A DNA stretch of 64,000 nucleotides from Octopus sinensis (lineage: Eukaryota), in the NCBI RefSeq assembly GCF_006345805.1, contig NW_021834364.1, forward strand, positions 13,181-77,180, given 5' to 3'. The notes below the pieces were generated by a model. That model was not told where the DNA came from and did not search any database. It was given only the letters and a program-made list of their open reading frames with translations. Within the stretch, counting starts at the first letter, position 1. Each line of letters begins with the position of its first letter. The position numbers and the translations under genes were made by a program. This document shows positions 54,736 through 64,000 of the stretch, piece by piece.

Positions 54736-55724
54736 CATACATACATACATACATACATACATACATACATACATACATACATGCATATTAACGTTTGTTA
54801 TTTTGTTCAGTTATAATAAAAACAGATAGGTTCTTCTATACTTTTGTAGAGTACAAATTTATTATTCTTAAACAAGAATGTTGTTGATAGTGATATCGAA
54901 GTTTCGGCCAACTTACTCATCGACGGCCGGAACTTCGAAGACAAACGAAAGGACATAGCATCAGTATATTTGGTAAGAGTTATATATATTTTAATAAGAG
55001 TTTGATTCAGCTCCACATAATTTAAAATTAATATCTGCGTGTGTATGTGTGTATGTATGTATGTGTGTGTGTGTGTGGGGGGGGGGTAGGATGTTTGCGC
55101 AATAAAAAGAAAGGTACATTAAGTAATGTAGTTCTAGGCCCCAAAACAAGAGATGGTATGGTAACAATTGCAAAGCCTTTGATCATAGAGCTATTCGAAC
55201 TAAGAACAAGTTGAACTTTCACAAACGCTAAAACTCTCTGATCACTCCGATGCTTAGTTCTGAGTTGTAAGACGTTCACAACTTCTTTCGTCTAATGTTG
55301 ATATCAATGATATGATCCAGTACAGATTTCTTTGTGTTGGGGCAGACTTCAGTAGCTTGAAGTACGAATTAACAAAAGGCGAGATACTAAAAAATAATGT
55401 TTGTGTGTGCGTGTGAGTGCGTGTGGTGTGTGTGTGAGAGAGAGAGATTGTATTTATGTGTGTTATATAAGGTACAGGAAACTTATATGTATACCATTCT
55501 GCTTAAAAATAATGGACCTGCAGATACAATATCCCTGCATATCTCACGTCTGTTTTCATTCTTCCACTTCACTCTCTATTTCATATTTTCTCTGGAATAA
55601 ATATTGCTCAATCATTTTCTCACAGTCTCCGTAAGGCCTTCTCTTTATAAATGTTCTGAATCCTTCACAGTCTTGGATTTTTATCTCATTCTGTTAATAT
55701 ATATATATACATATATATATATAC

Positions 55725-55774
<50 letters not shown>

Positions 55775-56032
55775 ATATATATATATATATATATATACGC
55801 ACATATATATATATACATATATATACATACTTTTAATACTTTTGATATATATTTAAAATAATATAAATTAATTAATTTTATGTATTGGCTTATGTTTTTC
55901 ATTGTTTGATTTGCCTAAAAGTGGTTTTATATCTAATTTAATATAATATAATATATTTTACAATAAAATTGGATTTAATCCTAAATCTGATTTTTCCCTG
56001 TAAGTTTGGATTTATTCCCTAATATTTTATAA

Positions 56033-56080
<48 letters not shown>

Positions 56081-56273
56081 GCATGCATGTATGTGTGCAT
56101 GCATGTATGTATGCATGGATGTATGTATGTATGTATGTATGCATGCATGCATGTATGTATGCATGTATGTATGCATGCATGTATGTATGTACGCATGTAT
56201 GCATGTATGTATGCATGTATGTATGCATGCATGTATGTATGTACGCATGTATGCATGTATGTATGCATGTATG

Positions 56274-56307
<34 letters not shown>

Positions 56308-56466
56308 TGTATGTATGTATGTATGTGTATATATACCACAAAATATTCAGAGTTACTCATTCAACATGTGTGTGTCACACTTTCAGTGGCAACTGAGCAG
56401 CATTCCATCGCGTATTTATAAGTTTCTCTATTTATATTTTTATTTATTTTTCTCTTTCTTAACCAG

Positions 56467-56654
56467 ACAATGCACGTCCGCGGCCATTTTGTTGCAGTTC
56501 CTGATCCAGAACGAGGTGGGGAACAATTAGTGTTCGCTTCATTTTGCTATCCCCTTATAACTATTGATAGCAAAGATACACTTTTGCTCAGCGATACTAT
56601 GATATTCAAGTCGGCACACCGTCTGGACATGACCTACTTGGAAATATCGCACAG
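56467..56654 (+). CDS. Npas4: NPAS4/dysf-like, end of PAS-A and start of PAS-B (TMHVRGHF...IFKSAHRLDMTYLEISH)
   Basis: F.S.H.LDM PAS-B motif; acceptor ctttcttaaccag, donor gtgagt. Confidence 0.93.
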
Positions 56655-56893
56655 GTGAGTTGGAACAAGTTCTTTACGCACGAAAGTTAACATTCATATA
56701 TTTTTATTGAAGCCAGTCGTGACTGGCCGTTTACCTAGATCTCTTCTGTAAGTCAATACGATACAAAAAATAAACTTGACCTGTGTCTTTACGTCAATTC
56801 ATATACCTTTCAGAAAATTCTATCATATAATACCATTTATATATATAGGTCACCTCCAATTTACGTACACGCATGCACGGTGCAGCCACAATA

Positions 56894-58487
56894 TAAGGGT
56901 CAGTAAGAACAAGTGCATTGAAATAGTTATTATAGAAGATTAACAACACGTTGGGACTAGATATTTTATACATATTTAGATATATCCAATATCTATCTTT
57001 CGAGAAAATTTCAAGTGAATGGAATAAATATTTCATAAGTTATGTGGAAATTAACAATCTTCCAAATTGCAGTGGCCAAATTGCAGTGGCCAAAAGTAAA
57101 GGGTCACTTAGAAAAAAATGAACTGCTAACCGAGATATTTGTTGTTTAGAAGTCTGTTAATGGGATAACAGTTACTTCTCATGATCTTACATTTTTGAAA
57201 CATTCAACTGTCAACATAGCAGCTTGTGAGAGATGACCGGTGTTCTGTGATAAAAAACAAAAGATTGTGTGCCTTCACCAAGAGGGCAAGTCAAATTCTG
57301 CGATAGCAACTTCTGTAGGGAAGTCTAGAAGTATTGTGCAACGAATCGTAGCTCGTTTTAAGTCATCAGGATCGACAGATGCTAAACCCCAAACCCCAAG
57401 ACAGGATTGTATTACGGTTAGAATGTCACTGAAGGATAGGTTTAAGAGTGCTGCTGAGATATCCCGCGCATTTAGCTCCACTTCCGATCTCAACATATCG
57501 CGCAAAACAGTTTCTCGGAGGTTACGAGGTTCTGGGTTGCTTGCCCGGGCACCGGCAAAGAAACCTCTGATCTCCAAGAAGAATCAAAGAGTCCGTCTGT
57601 ATTTCGCTCGCGAACATGTCGTTTGAACAGGAAAACAGCGGTCGCGAGTTCATTTTAGCAGTGACTCGAAGTTTAAAGTGATTGGTTCCGATGGCAGGAT
57701 GTACGTCCGACGAGGAAATGGCGAAAGGTTATCTCGTGCATGTGTGAAGAAGACAGTGAAATATGGAGGAAGCAGTATAATGGTATGGGGAGTGATCTCT
57801 GCTGTTGGTCCTCGTCCACTTATTCGTCTACAAAGGACTGTCAATGCTGAAATCTATAAGCAGATTCTTAGACAGCATGCCCTTCCATATCTCTGATCCT
57901 CATCAGTTCAGCCTCCTATCTTCGTGCAGGACAACGCTCTTTACACTGTGGAGAGAGCCAGAGACGTTTTGAGTGATGAAGGGGTTGATCTCATGGACTG
58001 GCCACCTTGAAGTCCCGATCTAAACCCATAGAAAACGTTTGAGAGATTATTGGAGATGGGCTGGGGTGCGAAGGAGAAATCCAGAGAACCAAGGTGAACT
58101 CTGGGAATTATTGAAAAACGAATGGAACAGTATTACTCCATCATTTTGCAAGAAATTAATTCAGTCCTGTTGTAACAGATGTCAGAAGGTCATTGATAGT
58201 AAAGGAATGTTCACAAAATATTAATAGTAAGGGTTTCTTTTTTGTCCTTGTTCCATTTTTCATTATTATTCTAAGTGGACCTTAACTTTTCGCCGTTGCA
58301 ATTTGGAAGATTGGAAGATTATTTGTTTATTTCCTCATAACTTACGAAATATTTATTTCATTCACTTGAAATTTTCACGGAAGACAGATAGTAGATATAT
58401 CTAAATATGTGTAAAAATATCTAGTCTCAACCTTTTATTAATTTTCTATAACAAATATTTCAATACACTTGTTTTTACTGACCCTTA
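56894..58487 (+). mobile_element. Full-length (1594-bp) Tc1-family DNA transposon with ~220-bp TIRs, intronic
   Basis: TA flanks at 56892-93 and 58488-89; long inverted termini taagggtcagtaa... / ...ttactgaccctta; internal transposase. Confidence 0.92.
57233..58224 (+). pseudogene. Tc1 transposase pseudogene (DD34E type)
   Basis: HTH region, KKPLISKKN, HF(S)SDSKF, VKYGGSSIMVWG, QDNA, WPP*SPDLNPIEN and terminal KGMFTKY*; several stops and frameshifts. Confidence 0.92.
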
Positions 58488-58597
58488 TATTAAGGCTAGC
58501 TGTTTTAATTGAACATTACTGAGTTTGTTTAATTGACATGTCAGTTTGATGTAATGGTAGTCTCAGCAATGTTTATTGAGAAGAGAGAGGGCAAGAG

Positions 58598-58645
<48 letters not shown>

Positions 58646-58670
58646 TGAGGTCGAAAGAGATACAAGAGAG

Positions 58671-58736
<66 letters not shown>

Positions 58737-59127
58737 GTGTGTCTGCGTGTGATAGGGAAGATACGCCGCATTTTCCCTATCACGCCGCATTTTCCCTATT
58801 ATTTCATAGTTGAAGTTCCCTTTGTAAGATTTTATTTGTTTGTACCCTCAGTTGCTGTTGTTTATTTAGTCTCTAAGTAAGTCTTTGAGAAGCAGACTAA
58901 GCAGATCTATGATCGAATGCATTCCAGCCGTGACCATCACGTTTCTTTCGATTAGTACATAATCCACTATCCATCTATTTTAAAGAAAGTAGATTGTATT
59001 TTGAGGGAAATAAAATTGCTATTACCAGCAGATCGAACAATCACATAAAGGGTCCCTAGTTGATTGGTTGGTTGGTCCATTAGTCCATCTCCACTCTCTT
59101 CTACACTCAGATTCCATATCCCTTAAC

Positions 59128-59360
59128 TTTTACTTGTTTCAGCCATTGTACTGCAGCCATGCAGGGGCACCGCCTTGAAGAATTTTTAGTCGATCGACCG
59201 TAGTACTTATTTTTATTTTAAGCCTCGTACTTATTTATAGTACGGGCTTCTTTCAGTTTCCATCTATCAAATCGGTTCACAAGGCTTTAGTCAACCCAAA
59301 GCTATAGTAGAAGATATTCACCCAAGGTGCCACGCAGTGGAACTGAACTCAGAACCATGC
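59128..59360 (-). mobile_element. SINE family B (internally deleted), intronic, antisense
   Basis: Family B motifs on the minus strand, ~100 nt upstream of the exon at 59457. Confidence 0.85.
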
Positions 59361-59456
59361 TCCTACAAACGTACAAATGTAATATATTTAACGTGCAAAT
59401 GTAATATATTTAATTCTATGTACATATATTTAAAATTTCTCTTTTTATGGTTTCAG

Positions 59457-59563
59457 TGGTGAATTTCACTTGGGATTTTCGAGCGAAGAAATAATCTCCA
59501 AGTCTTGGTATTCCTTTTTACACCCTGAAGATATATGGGAAGGACAAACCAAACATATTCAAT
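59457..59563 (+). CDS. Npas4: NPAS4/dysf-like, PAS-B exon (GEFHLGFSSEEIISKSWYSFLHPEDIWEGQTKHIQ)
   Basis: LG....E....SWY..LHPED PAS-B motif; acceptor tttcag, donor gtaagt. Confidence 0.95.
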
Positions 59564-59639
59564 GTAAGTTTATCTCCATTCTTTACTTCTCTAGAGTATC
59601 AAACGTGTATCAAACGTTGAATGCAGTTGGCAATATTTC

Positions 59640-60510
59640 TCGACTCCTCAAAGGCGACGAGCAAGCAGAATCGTTAGCATGTCTAGCAAAATGCTTAGCG
59701 GCATTTCCTCCAACTTTACGTTCTGAATTCAAATTCCGCCGAGATCGACTTTTCCTTTCATCCTTTCGGCATCGATAAAATAAGTACCAGTTGAGTACTT
59801 GGTTCGATGTAATCAGCATTCCTCCTTTCCCGAAGTTTCTGGCCTTGAGCCCCACCCCCGCAACATATTTTGGCAGAATTGGTAGGGCCTCTTGTAGAAA
59901 TTTGTGATGATATTTTACATTCTGTATCCAAATCTCAACGCGGTCTGCTCTCTCTTTCATGTTTTCAGTTACTTGGTTCCTCAGTTTTTAGTTCGACGAA
60001 ATTGATTAAAGTTATACTGTCAAAATTTGCTGACCTTGTGACTAAATTAGTAATAAAAATACTGTCGTCATAAGCAAATATTATTATTACTAAGGCGGCG
60101 TCATGGCGGAAAGCTGGCACGCCGGATTGAATGCTTAGCAGCATTTCGGTCGTCTTTACTTTCTTAGTTCAAATTCCACCGCGATCGACTTTGCCTTTCA
60201 TCCTTAAATATGTACCAGTTGAGCACTGGTACTTATTTTAAGGATGAAAGACAAAGTCGTCTCGGCGGAGATCTCAGGCCCTATACCTATAATAAAAACA
60301 AGGCGCCGAGCACGTTGAACAAAATGTTTAGAAGTATTTCTTCCGACTTCTTACGCTCTGGGCTGTGGACTGACACAATCAGTAGAGCATCGAACAAGAT
60401 CTGGTCGAAGACTCGCAGAATTTGTAGAGCATTGTGCAAAACGCTTGTAGAATTTAGGTACAGTACTTTAGGTTCGGAGTTCAAATTCCACCGAATTTGA
60501 CTTTACTCTT
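59640..60510 (+). mobile_element. Three SINE family C copies in an intron (~59640-59860, 60092-60270 including an inverted piece, ~60350-60510)
   Basis: gttctgaattcaaattccgccga..tcgacttt..ctttcatcctttc motifs. Confidence 0.8.
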
Positions 60511-60797
60511 TTTAAGAGTAATGGACAAAAGCATCAGAAAGCCGGATACAATATTTTACATTATTTAATTTCATCCCTCTTCAGGCCTATTTATAAGTTT
60601 CTGACAGCTATTTGTATTTCCGGTAAGATTTATTTCCCCTTATTAGCATAACAAATACGGTTGAGTAAAATATAAATGTTGCTCCTTTTCGTTCCCCTTC
60701 TCATTTAACGTATAAGAATATTTGAACTATGCGAAACTCATTGAAAAAATAATCACACTATACTCTTTCTTCATTTTTCTTTCTTTCTTTTTTTCAG

Positions 60798-60951
60798 TAA
60801 TCAAGTCTCGCCATGAAATGGGTTGTATGCTTACAGTGCGCATGCTCATGGCAAACGGACAACATATCTGGGTTAACATGGTCATGCATGTGAGGCAAGC
60901 ACTAGCCAACAGTGACGACCCTGTCGTGGTGTGTGTCAATCAAGTAATCAA
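60798..60951 (+). CDS. Npas4: NPAS4/dysf-like, PAS-B/PAC exon (IKSRHEMGCMLTVRML..GQHIWVNMVMHVRQ...PVVVCVNQVI)
   Basis: PAC motif (R......IWV...IVC.NQVI); acceptor ttttttcag, donor gtaaga. Confidence 0.95.
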
Positions 60952-61183
60952 GTAAGATGAAATGTCCCATATATTTTCTTTAAAAATATACATTTATATT
61001 GTTATACTAGGAGATGGCCATATTGTGCTAATTAAACACACGCACTATAAATTGGCAAAATATTATTTTGCCAATTTATATTGCGTATGTTTAATTACCA
61101 TCCCCAAGAATAACAATATCTGTTTCAATACACGACTTCATATCAAGAATCTTGCAAAAAACAAATACATAGACTAATATATA

Positions 61184-61220
<37 letters not shown>

Positions 61221-61222
<2 letters not shown>

Positions 61223-61410
61223 CACAGGAGTGGCTGTGTGGTAAGTAGCGTGCTTACCAACCACATGGTTCTGGGCAAGTGTCTTCTACTATAGCCTCGG
61301 GCTGACCAAGGTCTTGTGAGTGGATTTGGAAGACGGAAACTGAAAGAAGCCCGTCATATATATGTGTGTGTATGCGTGTGTATATGTTTGTGTGTCTATG
61401 TTTGTCTAAT
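61221..61410 (+). mobile_element. SINE family B 5' part (27-bp deletion in head), intronic, sense
   Basis: ggcacaggagtggctgtgtggtaagtagc...gaaactgaaagaagcccgtc. Confidence 0.88.
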
Positions 61411-61494
61411 ATGGAATAAACACAACCATGTCACATAACAGAGAGTTTCCGATGACATCCTTATATTTATTTTTGGTGGCGAGGAATCATTGCT

Positions 61495-61671
61495 CTTCTT
61501 CTTCTTCTTCTTCTTCTTCTTCGTCTTCTTCTTCTTCTTCTTCTCCTCCTCTTCTTCCTGCTCCTGCTCCTTCTCCTCATCCTTCTTCTTCTTCTTCTTC
61601 TTCTCCCCTCCTCCTCCTCCTCCTCCTCCTTCTTCTTCTTCTTCTCCTCCCCTCCTCCGCCTCCTTCTTCT

Positions 61672-61706
<35 letters not shown>

Positions 61707-61802
61707 TACTTCTTCTTCCTCCTCCTCCTCCTCCTTCTTCTTCCTCCTCACCTTCTTCTTCTTCTTCTTCTTCTTCTTCTTCTTCTTCTTCTTCTTCTTC
61801 TT
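61495..61802. repeat. (CTT)n/(CCT)n polypyrimidine tract
   Basis: Directly visible; explains the poly-E/K/R ORFs on the minus strand. Confidence 0.95.
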
Positions 61803-61964
61803 CCATCCATCCATCCATCCATCCATTCAAAACCAATCCAATATTAAAAAAAAAATCCATATCTTAAACGAACGTTCAATTTCCCTTAATGTTCGTCACT
61901 CTCTCTGCATGCTTCTATGTCTCTCCACGCACACCGTATATTAAGTTTTTAAAATCTAATATGT

Positions 61965-61999
<35 letters not shown>

Positions 62000-62015
62000 T
62001 TCCATTTTTCTCTAG

Positions 62016-62481
62016 TGAGGACGAGGCTTGTCAGTTAAGAGGTCCAGCTTATGCCTATTCCACGGCCTGCGCAACACAAGTTCCCGCCATAGATATGCTA
62101 CCTCCTGGGGCGGCTTACTATCCGATGGCAGCCTCCATACAACCTGAAGACCTATTGACACCACACATGCAGCAGATTGTCTACGACGATCCGATGGCGC
62201 ATGCCTATACAACATTTAGCCTAGACAGGCATCACCATCACCACCATCACCACCTCCACCCTTCACATGCGCATCACCAGCAGCAGCAGCAACAACAGCA
62301 ACATCAGCAGCAGCAACAGACACAACAGCAGCATCCATCTTCACATCATCACCACCATCAGCAGCAGCATCAGCACCACCAGCATCTTCACCAGCAGCAA
62401 ACTAGCCACCAACAGATTCCGCCACACCACCATTCTCATCCTCACCCACATCCTCATCATCATCATCATCATCATCTTCAA

Positions 62482-62512
<31 letters not shown>

Positions 62513-63804
62513 AACAGCATCAACAACAGCAACAACAACAACAGCATCTGTCTCCTTACGGAATTCCTTTACAAGCTTATCCTAAGATGGCACCCACAGG
62601 AGGATGCGGTTATGTGAATGCAGGGCAAACGGCTGGTCCCGCCCTGCCACAACTTCCACCACCACCGTCACTGCCACCACCACAACAACAGCAGCAACAA
62701 CAACAACAGCAGCAGCCACAGCTGCAGACACTATTACCGCCGCCATTACCACCACCACCCCCTCTACAACCGCCACCACCTTTATCCGCATCAGTGTCGT
62801 CTGCTGCTCAACATTTAACGAATCAAGTCAACTCTTCCGTTCCTCAACAACTCCCACCGCCACTCCCACCAACACTCCCACCACCGCCGCCGCCGCCACC
62901 ACCACCACCGCCGCCACCATCATCATCGTCGTCGTCTTTACAAGCCCAACCTTTGATAGACTCAGTAAGCAGCAGCAGTAATAGCAGCAGTTCGGCTTGC
63001 TTTCAAGAAACAACCACTAGTCTGGTGGATTCCATCACGAATAGTACAAGCAACAGTGCAAGACATTCAGGTGGAGTTCCTACAAACAACAGCAGTAAAA
63101 ACAACTGCACCGACATCCTAAACGCTGCAAAAGGATGCCACAGCAGCGTCAACAGCAGCAGTAGAAACAATAACAGCAACAACAAAAACAATAATAACAA
63201 TAAGAACAGCAGTAACAGTAATGGTAGCAATAACGGTGGCAACGGGAGCTCAAATCAACTACTTCAGAACCAACAGCAACAAAGATCACCCCAGCCACAT
63301 ATCCTCAATAACAATGTCATTCCCAATAACTATAACACCAATAGCAACAGTAGTAGTAATAGTGCTAACAGTACAACTACTATTAGTAACAACAGCAACA
63401 GTAACCAGAACAGTAATAATAACATCCAGAACGCGAATAACAGTCACAGCGAGAGCAATAAAAATAATAATAATTCAATTAGTAGTAGCAGCGGCAGTGT
63501 TAGCAGTAGCAGCAATAGTAGTGGTAGCAATAGTAGTAACAATAACAGTGGTGGTAACAATAGTCGCAGCAACTGCCAGAACAATAGCGAAAACAAAAGA
63601 AGTCAGTCGATTGGTGTCTTGGCTCTTAAAAGAAAACTGCAATCGACCAATCAGGACTCGTCTATGCAAGAATGTAATCCACGTAAACTAGGACGTCACA
63701 TGTCGCCATGTTACAGCAATAAGAACAGCCATAGCGACGGACATCTTTATCTGTCCGCATTAATGCACTCGGGGGTGCAGGAGGTTATACAGGTCAATTA
63801 TTAG
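62016..63804 (+). CDS. Npas4: NPAS4/dysf-like, large last visible exon: Q/H/P/S/N low-complexity putative transactivation region
   Basis: Acceptor tttttctctag in phase with the previous exon; open for 1789 nt. The eight exons total 2728 nt in frame (~909 codons). The stop position is uncertain (see findings). Confidence 0.85.
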
Positions 63805-64000
63805 TCGGAAGTGGAGGCGGAGGTGGTGGTTACACATACAATAGCAATTCGTCTGTAATACATCCTCTTTTTCATCACCGTCAGCTTTGCTTTCATCATC
63901 TTCATATCAATGACATCGTTATCGTCTTCAAATGGAGATCTTCCATCCGGCTTAGATTTCTCCTCAAGTAGGTGTATGTACGGTCCAATTCAGTGTTTGA

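Noticed and set aside
61396-61867. Poly-E/K/R and poly-S/L ORFs
   Set aside because: Translations of the (CTT/CCT)n tract

Overview
AT-rich, microsatellite- and retroposon-dense animal genomic DNA. The SINE families and the extreme (TA)n/(TACA)n/(TAGA)n load suggest an octopus/coleoid cephalopod; this is an inference with no database check. Most short ORFs in the supplied track are microsatellite translations, not genes. One real gene is evident: a + strand bHLH-PAS transcription factor of the NPAS4/dysfusion family. It has eight in-phase GT-AG coding exons (49293-63804): bHLH, PAS-A, PAS-B, then a ~600-aa Q/H/P/S/N low-complexity tail. Its start-codon exon is not identified, and its stop codon may be an indel artefact. 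The first ~49 kb is upstream or intronic sequence containing at least three tRNA-headed SINE families, decayed LINEs (R4/Dong, CR1/L2-like, RTE/BovB), two MITE families (one nested in another MITE) and Penelope-like remnants. A full-length dead Tc1 element sits in an intron of the gene. The most unusual signals are: (i) many long fold-back hairpins, several beside splice sites; (ii) a dispersed repeat whose copies differ mostly at synonymous positions of a short peptide and usually lie in snap-back palindromes; (iii) degenerate minimal hammerhead-ribozyme motifs; (iv) an inverted SINE pair bracketing the two PAS-B exons, which together total 261 nt and would form a stop-free circular reading frame. 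No CRISPR array, rRNA gene or genuine tRNA gene was found.
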